DNA from: Eledone cirrhosa
Taxonomy: Eukaryota
NCBI GenBank assembly: GCA_964016885.1
Contig: OZ024743.1
Span: 73,966,001-74,030,000 of the forward strand
DNA length: 64,000 nt
Reading direction: 5' to 3'
Notes under the pieces: generated by a model
The model's input: the letters and a program-made list of their open reading frames with translations, nothing else
Databases searched by the model: none
Told to the model about the DNA's origin: nothing
Translations under genes and position numbers: made by a program
Shown here: piece by piece, positions 14,667 through 26,644 of the stretch
Layout: each line of letters opens with the position of its first letter
Position numbering within the stretch: the first letter of the stretch is position 1

Positions 14667-16700
14667 ATGATCAAATGTATAGCAACTGTGAGTGTCTGTC
14701 TCTTTAAATATACTAGAGAGTACTATATCTATGATCTAATGTATAGCAACTGTGAGTGCCTGTCTCTTTAAATATACTAGAGAGTACTATATCTATGATC
14801 TAATGTATAGCAACTGTGAGTGCCTGTCTCTTTAAATATACTAGAGAGTACTATATCTATGATCTAATGTATAGCAACTGTGAGTGCCTGTCTCTTTAAA
14901 TATACTAGAGAGTACTATATCTATGATCAAATGTATAGCAACTGCGAGTGCCTGTCTCTTTAAATATACTAGAGAGTACTATATCTATGATCTAATGTAT
15001 AGCAACTGTGAGTGCCTGTCTCTTTAAATATACTAGAGAGTACTATATCTATGATCTAATGTATAGCAACTGTGAGTGCCTGTCTCTTTAAATATACTAG
15101 AGAGTACTATATCTATGATTAAATGTATAGCAACTGTGAGTGTCTGTCTCTTTAAATATACTAGAGAGTACTATATCTATGATCTAATGTATAGCAACTG
15201 TGAGCGCCTGTCTCTTTAAATATACTAGAGAGTACTATATCTATGATCGAATGTATAGCAACTGTGAGTGCCTGTCTCTTTAAATATACTAGAGAGTACT
15301 ATATCTATGATCTAATGTATAGCAACTGTGAGTGTCTGTCTCTTTAAATATACTAGAGAGTACTATATCTATGATCAAATGTATAGCAACTGTGAGTGCC
15401 TGTCTCTTTAAATATACTAGAGAGTACTATATCTATGATCTAATGTATAGCAACTGTGAGTGTCTGTCTCTTTAAATATACTAGAGAGTACTATATCTAT
15501 GATCAAATGTATAGCAACTGTGAGTGCCTGTCTCTTTAAATATACTAGAGAGTACTATATCTATGATCTAATGTATAGCAACTGTGAGTGTCTGTCTCTT
15601 TAAATATACTAGAGAGTACTATATCTATGATTAAATGTATAGCAACTGTGAGTGCCTGTCTCTTTAAATATACTAGAGAGTACTATATCTATGATTAAAT
15701 GTATAGCAACTGTGAGTGCCTGTCTCTTTAAATATACTAGAGAGTACTATATCTATGATCAAATGTATAGCAACTGCGAGTGTCTGTCTCTTTAAATATA
15801 CTAGAGAGTACTATATCTATGATCAAATGTATAGCAACTGTGAGTGCCTGTCTCTTTAAATATACTAGAGAGTACTATATCTATGATCTAATGTATAGCA
15901 ACTGCGAGTGTCTGTCTCTTTAAATATACTAGAGAGTACTATATCTCTGATCTAATGTATAGCAACTGCGAGTGTCTGTCTCTTTAAATATACTAGAGAG
16001 TACTATATCTATGATCAAATGTATAGCAACTGTGAGTAGCTGTCTCTTTAAATATACTAGAGAGTACTATATCTATGATTGAATGCATAGCAACTGTGAG
16101 TAGCTGTCTCTTTAAATATACTAGAGAGTACTATATCTATGATCAAATGTATAGCAACTGTGAGTGTCTGTCTCTTTAAATATACTAGAGAGTACTATAT
16201 CTATGATCAAATGTATAGCAACTGTGAGTGTCTGTCTCTTTAAATATACTAGAGAGTACTATATCAATGATCAAATGTATAGCAACTGTGAGTGTCTGTC
16301 TCTTTAAATATACTAGAGAGTACTATATCTATGATCAAATGTATAGCAACTGTGAGTGTCTGTCTCTTTAAATATACTAGAGAGTACTATATCTACGATC
16401 TAATGTATAGCAACTGCGAGTGCCTGTCTCTTTAAATATACTAGAGAGTACTATATCTATGATCTAATGTATAGCAACTGTGAGTGCCTGTCTCTTTAAA
16501 TATACTAGAGAGTACTATATCTATGATCGAATGCATAGCAACTCCGAGTATCTGTCTCTTTAAACATACTAGAGAGTACTATATTGAATGTATAGCAACT
16601 GCGAGTATCTGTCTCTTTAAAGATAACAGGGAGTACTATATCTACGATCTAATGTATAGCAACTGTGAGAATCTGTCTCTGTAAAAATAGCAGGGAGTAA
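14667..16700. repeat. 64-bp minisatellite, ~32 copies (atgatc[a/t]aatgtatagcaactgtgagtg[c/t]ctgtctctttaaatatactagagagtactatatct)
   Basis: Period 64 checked (14731, 14795). Confidence 0.97.
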
Positions 16701-16705
16701 TATAA

Positions 16706-16850
16706 GCGGTGAATTGGCAGAGTCGTTAGACATTGGTTAGAATACTTCGTGGTATCTATTCCATCTCTCTGCTCTCTGAGTTCAAAACCCACCGAGGTCA
16801 ACTTTGCCTTTCATCCTTTCGAGTTCGATAAATGCATTTCCAGTCTAGTA
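16706..16850 (+). mobile_element. Diverged Nin/Deu-core SINE (different head subfamily)
   Basis: tggcagagtcgttaga..gagttcaaaacccaccgaggtcaactttgcctttcatcc. Confidence 0.75.
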
Positions 16851-17112
16851 CGGGAGATGATTCTTCCTCTATATTTTTTCTCACTTCTCTCTTACTATCT
16901 ATCCTTCTCTGGAAGAAATCTACCGAGTTTAAAAATGTCTTAGAAACGCCGTATGTCAATATAGCGCCCATACGACTTCTTCAGGAGTTACGGGACAATG
17001 CATGCAGACAGTAATATAACTACGATTAAATATATTGCAGTTATGAGGGCCTGTCTTTAGACCGTAAAGTGGGATTTGAAGGAAACCTAGCTGCTATTAT
17101 TAGTGGATTGCA

Positions 17113-17304
17113 GGGCGGTGGATTATCAGTATCGGTAGAGAGCCGGGCGCCATGCTTTGCAGCAAGGAGTTACGGCCCTTTATGGTCTGAGTTCAAATCC
17201 CGCGAGGTTAACTTTGCCTTTCATCCTTACGGGGTCGATAAAATAAAGTACCAGTAATAACTGGGATAATTGCTGGTCTTGTGCCAAAAGTAGAAACAAT
17301 TATT
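17113..17304 (+). mobile_element. Nin/Deu-core SINE with 17-bp target-site duplication
   Basis: attattagtggattgca at 17096-17112 and 17299-17315. Confidence 0.9.
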
Positions 17305-19184
17305 AGTGGATTGCAAATCTTAAGGTATGTCTACTTTCTTCAAGTTGTTCATAAACTGTTTTCTTGAGCAACGAAAGAAATATCTTCATCGCCTAATACT
17401 CTTTGTATATATACTTTCGTAAGGAGTTGTAGTTTTGTTTAATCTTTGGTGGATTTATTTTAGTGAATATCACAGAAAAGGATTTGACAGTGAGATGTGA
17501 GATGTAACAGAATAAATAGTTTTATATTTCTCACAAATATATTTATTGGTACTCATTGCGAAAATATATTTCTTTGTTGTTAAGTTTCATGGGAAGAAGT
17601 GAGAACAATTTGAGACTTTAAAGGCAAAACTTGAAGAAGATATTTTGTTGATTTATCCTACAAAATCGATAGATTTCGATTATATGTGAATGTCTCTACG
17701 ATTAAATGGACGTGGATAGGCTATCAGATTAATCAGCGTGTAGCTGGAGACATTAATACAATTCAGTAGCAGACGACAGAGAACATAATTCATTTAATCT
17801 TTAGTTTGAAGTTTGGAGACGAAAACATAGTACATAGAATGACACGAGTAATATGTCTATCAGAATAGATATAGAATGTAACCGCTAACTTCTGAATAGC
17901 AGTATGTATTATCATAACGAAAATAGAAAAAAAAACAACAACGATAAAGAGAGAATGCAGTCTGGGAGAGTAAAGAAACGCAATGCAATGATGTATATAC
18001 CTTCCAGCTTAAATCAGCAATAAATTTGAATATGATCAAGGAAAGTCGGAAGGAATTTCTCCCTTATAGTACATAGAATACAAAGAAAGTTTTCAAACTA
18101 TAATTACAATTCCGAACAGTTCGATAGTCTTGGTAAACATTACCTGTAGCTCTAAGTAGTTTGATTTCTTTCCTATATTAGTTGAATATCAAGTGACACC
18201 ATTTTTTTAAATTCTCTATAGATTCTTTATTACTTTATACTGAAGATAAATTTGATATAGGACAGTTTTACTTTAAATTTGTTTTTGGTTGTTTGTTAGC
18301 TGGAAGGGAGCATCTGATTAAAGTGGATAGTTGATTTAAGAATTGAGATGGTTAGCTTTTTTTAACGTCCCTCTTACACACAAACTCTCTCTTCATATCG
18401 ATCTATCTAAATATTAAAATAATGCCAGAAACTACAACACAAAAGCCATCAAAACAAATCAGAAGTAACGTGCATTCACAATTCTGCATGACCAAAAGAC
18501 AATATTACACAAATCGTATGAATAAAAATAAATACCCAATGGTAGAGTAGAGGCTTCAATGAAACTGTTGAAAACCTGTTGATAATCTGAAACGATAAAA
18601 AAAATGGTTGAGTTACTCTCGTGTCACAAATGACAGCAGAGGGGTGGGAGGGGTTTGAAATATGTGGGAGGGGTTTGAAATAAGCGGGTGAGTTGGAATA
18701 AATGGCGGGCGGGAGTAGGATATTATTCTAGGTTGTTTCCGTTGATTTAAAAAAAAATTGTCCTTTAGTTTACATATTGAGAGCTTCTCACCAGTCCTAT
18801 TTATTTTAAAATGTAAGGGGTTTCTAGTAATGTAATTCTTTTGTCATGTATAATGTTTTTTTAATGTTTAAAGAAAATTAGTTGTCGCAGGAATGCTACC
18901 ACTTAAAATAAAATTTCGCCGGAGATAGATTAGCAAAATTTAATTTAATGAGCAGGGAGAGTCGTGGAAATACATCTGAACAGAAATACTTATATAACCA
19001 ATAAACATTTTTTTACATTTGTTAAACATATACTCTACTTGGTAGAAAATCAGTTGATACTAAATTTCTAATTGGCTAAAATACATTTTGAAAATATAAT
19101 GAAATTATCCCGAATGGAATACAGATAAATATGTACTCTCGGGTATCGAATAATCCCCCCCCCCCCTCCGCTCTTACACACAGA

Positions 19185-19263
<79 letters not shown>

Positions 19264-19354
19264 TGTAATAATAATGAATTTGAAGACTAAAATCCAAAGA
19301 GGGCTCGATAAGGATAAATATATATCAGATATATAAGAACCGTAGAGCAAATAT

Positions 19355-20037
19355 TTATTAAAATAACAGATTAAAGTTTAAGCAAAACATTCGTATGTGT
19401 GCGGGTACAGGCGTTGCGTGGGTTATGTATGTGTGTGCGTGTTTTTCTGTGTACGTGCTTGTATTTGCATACCCATGGCTAGTGTCTTCGCCAATGCTTG
19501 TGTATGTACGTATATGGATGCGTGTATGTATATATTTAATTTCAATTACCTCTGTATTTTATTTACTTTATTCTTAACTCTGAAGCCGAGAATAATTCGG
19601 TTTCCTAAATAGAATTTTAGTCTACGACTTCAGTTATACCATTTACGTGGTTTTGTCTTTGAGTGTAATTTTTCTCACCGCTCCACATAATGACGTATTA
19701 TCTTCGTTTTTGTCGTTCATTGCCAGAAAACGTCTCCATGAACCATCTAATAGAATATTAGTCTACAACCTCATCTATACCATAAACGTGGTTTTGTCTT
19801 TGCGTGTAATTGTTTTCACCGCACCTAATAATGACGTATTATCTTCGTTTTTTTCCGTTCTTTGCCAGGGAACGTTTCCACGAACCAAAGTATCGTCTTC
19901 CTGTCTTCCTTCGGTTGCAACGTTTTTTGAAATATTTACTTATGCGCGTTCACAGATTGACTTTTTTAGTTTCAGAAGATCCCGTTAAGAGTGAAAGCAG
20001 CGATTCTTTGCTCAAACTTTAATCTGTTATTTTAATA
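19355..20037. mobile_element. Unclassified dispersed repeat with ~32-bp inverted ends; related copies at 677-752, 47365-47720, 61688-61950
   Basis: taaaataacagattaaagtttaagcaaa.. at left end and its reverse complement at right end; body matches the other loci. Confidence 0.7.
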
Positions 20038-20050
20038 TATATATATATAT

Positions 20051-20478
20051 AGTTAAAAGAATAGAGGTGTAACACACAAGTTATTATATATTGGTAAACG
20101 GAATAGAAAATGCTGACAAATTGTTCACAGTTGAAAAATGGTTTAATTAGGAATAAAAGAGTATTAGTGATTGTATGGGTTAGTATTCAGTTGTGGTTTT
20201 AAGTTTTTAAGTTTTTACCGGTTGCGCATTTCTAAATGCTTTTCAAAAATAATTTTGAGATAGAGTGTCCGTGCTGTTTGCTCTGATCAGAGCAAACAGC
20301 ACGGACACTCTATCTCAAAATTATTTTTGAAAAGCATTTAGAAATGCGCAACCGGTAAAAACTTAAAAACTTAAAACCACAACTGAATACTAACCCATAC
20401 AATCACTAATACTCTTTTATTCCTAATTAAACCATTTTTCAACTGTGAACAATTTGTCAGCATTTTCTATTCCGTTTA

Positions 20479-20482
<4 letters not shown>
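20051..20482. mobile_element. Fold-back element family F: spacerless palindrome 20091-20482 plus 40-bp tail on left
   Basis: Arms mirror around tgatca (20284-20289); flanked by (TA)n. Confidence 0.9.
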
Positions 20483-20529
<47 letters not shown>

Positions 20530-20535
<6 letters not shown>

Positions 20536-21063
20536 CGTAAAATAAGAAAATTATAAAATTAACTTACTTACTAAATTGGCCATGACTGCTACTATGGTAG
20601 TAAGCTAGCCGCTGTCTTAATAACCACTCGCTTTCCACTGATTGACCTCGATGTCACGTGATTGATTCTTTTTGAATTTGCCACGGACGTAGAGGCAGTG
20701 ATTTTCTCAATGGCTTGGAATCCAGTCCACGCTCCGCTATTTCCATTCCACTGAATTATTTTTTTAATAAGTTTCCACTGTCCTCGCTATGCCTGGAGAC
20801 CTATACGGAAAAAGACTTTCCTGATGACGGAATTATTTTCTATATGTTTCTTCGGAAAATATATTTACTCCATTCCAGAAATTAATTAGTTGGAAGTGAT
20901 TTTTTAGTAAGTAAGTTAATTTTATAATTTTCTTATTTTACGTCTCTCATATTATTGTTCTGCAACCCCATGCATTGAACCACATTGTTAATAAGACAAA
21001 ACCTATATATTTGCTAGCATTGATATGCATCTGTGTGTATATAAATGTTACTAGATATAAATT

Positions 21064-21068
<5 letters not shown>
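20530..21068 (+). mobile_element. Retrozyme-like non-coding element with HHR at 20815-20897 and short inverted left end
   Basis: actttc-CTGATGA-ggaat..attcc-GAAA-ttaattag-TT-ggaagt; same family as 56657-57428. Confidence 0.8.
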
Positions 21069-21131
<63 letters not shown>

Positions 21132-21364
21132 GGGAAAAAAATGAAATGAAATTTCATTTCTCACTCTTAGTACGGCTGTTACTTAAATATAAGTATGTAT
21201 ACGTACATACATATATGTATACAGACGTACAGTACCTTCCTGCCAGATGATTGAACGTCTGAAATTATATACTTTCCATACGTACATATATATATGTGTG
21301 CGTGTATGTATATATATACATACTACTGTACGCCTGTATACATATATGTATGTACGTATACATA

Positions 21365-21427
<63 letters not shown>

Positions 21428-21432
<5 letters not shown>

Positions 21433-21866
21433 GCGAGAATCGCATTTCGGCGGGTAGAAAAAGTGACACGTAACGCAAATACCGAGTCATGCTGGCAAGC
21501 GCTCCATAGGCTAAAAAAGACCAGAGCAATAAACATAGGTTACAAAAGGCCATACAAACTGAGAAGGCGGTCAAGAAGCAAAAAATTGCATAAATAGCAC
21601 AAATGGAATAAGCTCTCGACCGGTTTATAAAATAAACTTATGCAATTAATCTGTCAATAGAATTATTAACCGGTTAATTGTAAGACTCGGGAGATTAATA
21701 CAAATATAAATTCAGCGAGAATCCCACTTCGGCCGGTAGAAAAAGTGAAACGTAACGCAAATTCCGAGTCATGCTGGCAAGCGCTCAATGGGCTAAAAAA
21801 GCCCAGAGCAATAAACATAGGTTATAAAGGCCATAGAAACTGAGAAGAGAAGGCAGTCAAGAAGCC
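21428..21866. mobile_element. Partial tandem element (~282-bp period) in (TA)n; related fragment at 3960-4076
   Basis: ttcagcgagaatc..tcaagaagc at 21428-21580 and 21710-21866; reverse complement shares gag(c/t)gcttgcca..ctcgg..gattctcgct..aatttatatttgtat with 3960-4076. Confidence 0.7.
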
Positions 21867-21922
21867 ATTAACCACCTAAGCCAAAAAAACAAGTCAAGCT
21901 AAACAGGTCAGACAAAATAAAT

Positions 21923-22153
<231 letters not shown>

Positions 22154-22273
22154 GGTATACAACCAACATATACTAAAAATTTATACATATACATATATAT
22201 ATAACAAACCTGGACCCTTGGAATTGATGGTAAAATCCAGTACAGGGTTTCTGTGACACCTAAATCAATAATA

Positions 22274-22315
<42 letters not shown>

Positions 22316-22538
22316 TTTGTAAATACTGCGTAGCCTTAAATATTCCTCTAATAACAGATATCCTAAATTATATTTTGTAATTAAGAATTAGCGAACGAAA
22401 ATGATTATTAAACTTTCTAAATATCAATAAATCAAACATCACTAAACATTGCAAACCACACAGAAATACCGCCAGACATACATATATATACATACATACA
22501 TATATACATATATACATAAATTCATACATACATACATG

Positions 22539-22626
<88 letters not shown>

Positions 22627-23318
22627 CATACATACATATATACATACATATATACACACATACATAAAAACAGAATCAAACACACACATACCCCCATTCT
22701 ATTGCTAGCAGGTATACTCACATATCCAATGACTCCATGATTTATCACTCTGTATAACCAATACAATGAAATTTATCCGAAACTTTATTAAGGAAATCCT
22801 GCCATAAACAAAGTAGGTATGGCGCCTTCTGTGACTACCCACACAACGGTTTTTAATGTGTAACACGCAGTCACTCATTCAGAAGTGTTCACGTACACAC
22901 ACATCTGTAGTAGTTATATATTAAACTGTAATGTGTAAATTTATAATTTTGAAACAGTACAGTGTCAAAACAATTAGGTACCTGGATTAAAATGGCGAGA
23001 TTCACATTAAACTCTGTTGCACAAAAATTACATCGATGAAGATTATTTAATCAGATCACTTCATTAAATATATACTCTTTTTGTATGAGATTTTTTATCA
23101 ACATTTCTTTTTAATTCTACACCCTAAGAACTCTGCTAATTCACCGTCATTGAATACCTGTACAATGTATGATAAATAAGACGTAATTTGAATACAATAC
23201 ATATATAGTATATTCGGCAATATACTGTATTTTTAATTTAAAACATTTAGAAGACCATTCGCTATGAGTTTTAAAGTAGTGACTATGTCACTTACTTATT
23301 CTCGGCAAAAACAACAGA

Positions 23319-23368
23319 GAGCGGCCGACAGTCTGTTTCTCGCTTGTGAACCTTTATCAAGACCACTC
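23319..23368 (-). ncRNA. HHR with U3-A8 core (TTGATAA), long stem I, degraded stem II
   Basis: gagtggtc-TTGATAA-..-GAAA-cagactg-TC-ggccgctc; stem I extends attctcggcaaa/tttgccgagaat. Confidence 0.65.
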
Positions 23369-23635
23369 AGTTGCCTTTGCCGAGAATTATAGGGGATGGA
23401 TTCTTATAGAATTCCAGCAATAATCGGGAGCTGATTAAACAGAGCGATTGCCAGCCCAGCAAAAATTAGGTATTAGTATTGCTGCTCTGAAATAGCGATG
23501 TATACATGAATGTATGTATATTATATTTGGCAATATACCGTATATTTAATTAAAATCATTTAGAAGACTATACGCTATTAGTTTTAAAGTAGTGACTATG
23601 TCACTTACTTCTTTTTGGCGAAAGAAGGGAGAGAC

Positions 23636-23675
23636 GCTGACAGTCTGTTTCACGCTGGTTGGCGTTCATCAGAGC
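23636..23675 (-). ncRNA. Minimal HHR, canonical core, tandem sibling of 23319-23368
   Basis: gct-CTGATGA-acgc(caacca)gcgt-GAAA-cagactg-TC-agc; flanks 23210-23320 and 23524-23635 are homologous. Confidence 0.8.
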
Positions 23676-23677
23676 TA

Positions 23678-23721
<44 letters not shown>

Positions 23722-23768
23722 CAAAGATATATGGAGGAGTAAGCAAGACATGTTTAAACAAGATTTAA

Positions 23769-23875
23769 TTCTTTCACTGTGTTTCGTCTTCAAGTACATT
23801 TATGATACAACAGGTAGACATATATGTGTGCATATATAATACAGTAGAGCTGCACTTATAAGACTCGTCAGAGAA
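23769..23875 (-). ncRNA. Degenerate HHR with long stem II
   Basis: ttct-CTGACGA-gtctt..~70 nt..aagac-GAAA-cacagtg-AA-agaa; U16.1 mutated. Confidence 0.55.
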
Positions 23876-24730
23876 AAATTATTGTCTACACACACATCAC
23901 ATATGTATGAATTTGCATCTAGCCGTAAGTGTGTTTAATAAGATTGTAAATTATATTTCCCAATCAAGAATAAATGAAAAGAAATTTCTACAGTTTCCAT
24001 TGATGAAAATAAATCGGAAATCACAGAATATTTCAAACAGATATAAACACTGGCTGGTTTATGTAAATATACAGCGAATCTTTGATTTATTATGGTGAAT
24101 AACCAATTAATAGAATTGATCTGAAACGGAACCAAAGTAATAATCCTATAAACAAAATAGATATGTCACATTGAGTGTAGGGGTGGGGTGATCTGTTATG
24201 TGTAAGGCTGATTTCACTGCAACCATCCCTTACTCTAGCTTAAGAGGTCTTAAGAAAGACAAGACTTTGCTCTTCGGAAAATGGCTCTTCAGCTTCTTCA
24301 AGTAGCTTTTGGAGTGAAATATGACGGAGGAGAGAGAGCGCGAGAGAGAGAGAGGGGGGTGAGAGAGAGGGGTGAGAGAGAGAGGGGGAGAGAGAAAGAC
24401 TGAGAGGGTAGCTAAAGTTAAATTTCCGAGAGAGTGGTGATGAGTAAGATTCCAGGTGACAAGGCTACACGTGTCATACATTTGTAGGTTACAGAACACA
24501 CCTGGAAGATGGTACTTGTCCTTATATCAATTGTAATCCGACAGTTATGGAGTTTTCTAAACCCCCACATAGCCGTTCCTCTAGTGTTGAGGTTCTCAAA
24601 CCTTTTGGGCTACCCCTACCCCCTCACGGACACATAATACACTCAGCGCCACCAAACCTATTTCCACCAAACCTGTCCATACGCAAATTAGAAAATAATA
24701 TATAATAAATAACATCGTTAATTTATATAT

Positions 24731-25097
24731 AATTGTTTCTACTTTTGGCACAAGGCCAGCAATTATCACACTGTATTACTGGTACTTTATTTTATCGACC
24801 CCGTAGGGATGAAAGGCAAAGTTAACCTCGGTGGGATTTGAAGTCAGACCATAAAGGGCCGTAACTTTGCTGCAAAGCATGGCGTCCGACCCTCTACCGA
24901 TACTGCCAATCCACCGCCATTGCCAATCCACAAACATTATAATAGGGAGATGGATTGGCAGTATAAGTAGAGGGTTGGACACCATGCTTTGCAACAAAGA
25001 ACTGAGTTCAAATCCCGCCGAGGTTAACTTTGTCTTTCATACTTACGGGGTCGATAAAATACAGTACCAGTAATACACTGGGATGAATGCTGGCCTG
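24731..25097. mobile_element. Head-to-head inverted pair of Nin/Deu-core SINEs (24731-24918 minus, 24950-25097 plus)
   Basis: Both carry the SINE head and core. Confidence 0.85.
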
Positions 25098-25140
25098 TTA
25101 TTTCTCCTTAAATTGTACCCAACACCAATAATTATAATTC

Positions 25141-25175
<35 letters not shown>

Positions 25176-25257
25176 TGTTGTTGTTATACTGCGAATAATA
25201 ATTATGTGTAAAATGATACATGTAATGTAGGAGTGTATGGATATAAATACACACGCG

Positions 25258-25316
<59 letters not shown>

Positions 25317-25586
25317 AACTCGGCCTACCATTCTTTCAGGGTCGATAAATAAAGTATCAGTTCAGGAGCAGTGCATTAGTCGAGATGTTAGAGTGACAAT
25401 AAGTTGTTTCACTGTATCTCTTCTGAATTCTTGTGTTTTGAGTTCAAATCCAGCAACAGTGGGCCAACGAGAAGAGAAATGGAGAGCTTCCACGGTTATT
25501 CTCTCACCCCCTGTCGCTCTCTCTCTCTCTCTCTCACACACACATATATCAAAATGTATGAAATATATGAGAGTATACATATGAAT

Positions 25587-25622
<36 letters not shown>

Positions 25623-25623
<1 letters not shown>

Positions 25624-26172
25624 AGAATAGAAGTGTAACACACGAGTTGTGATATATTAGTAAAAGGAAAAGAAAATGCTGACAAATTTTTCCCAGTGAA
25701 AAATAGTTTAATTAGGAATAAGTATAAATTAGTAATAAGTATTGGTTAGTATTCAGTTTTAGTTTCAAGTTTTTACCGGTTGCACATTTCTAATGCTTTT
25801 CAAAAATAATTTTGAGATAGAGCGCCCGTGATGTTTGCTCTAATCCAGATTATGCGCAACCGCTAAAAACTTGAAACTAAAACTGAATATTAACCAATAC
25901 TTATTACTAATTTATACTGGATTGGCAGTATCGGTAGAGGGTCGGACGCCATGCTTTCCAGCATAGTTACGTCCCTTTACGATCTGAGTTCAAATCCCGC
26001 CGAGGTTGACTTTGCCTTTCATCCTTACGGGTTCGATAAAATAAAGTACCAGTAACGCACTGGGTAATTGCTGGCCTTGTGCCAAAAGTAGAAACAATTA
26101 CTAATTTATACTTATCCCTAATTAAACTATTTTTCACTGGGACAAATTTGTCAGCATTTTCTTTTCCTTTTA

Positions 26173-26178
<6 letters not shown>
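25623..26178. mobile_element. Family F fold-back element interrupted by a SINE (25919-26096) with 16-bp TSD
   Basis: Homologous to 20051-20482; attactaatttatact duplicated at 25903-25918 and 26097-26112. Confidence 0.85.
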
Positions 26179-26237
<59 letters not shown>

Positions 26238-26644
26238 ATACTTTGGGAGGGTCATGTTGCCAATAAGAAACACACGCACCAGTTGCTTTCACTTCAATTT
26301 ATCATATATTTATAAATTTATAAATTTACAAATCTACAAATTTATAAATTTCTGGTTGGTTGGTTGGTTCCACAACCAGATAGTTGTTTATATATAGTCA
26401 TAGTCCTTTCGTCACACACTCTGTGACCTCTTCCGTGACTGGGGATTCCTTTCTTTGTTTCTGTGTCTTTCCTTTCTTCTGTCCTACGCCATTTTGTTTC
26501 TGTGTGTGTGTTGTGTGCTCAGTTTGCGCATGCGCCACATCCGGGTGTCTGTGTGTGTTTGTGTTCATTTATCTATTTGTTTATTTATTTACATGTTGTT
26601 GGTTGGTTGTTTGTTCTATGTGTGTGTGTGTTTTCATTTTGTCC

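Noticed and set aside
24585-24700. hAT/Charlie-like terminus (ggttctcaaacctttt)
   Set aside because: No matching second TIR or TSD found
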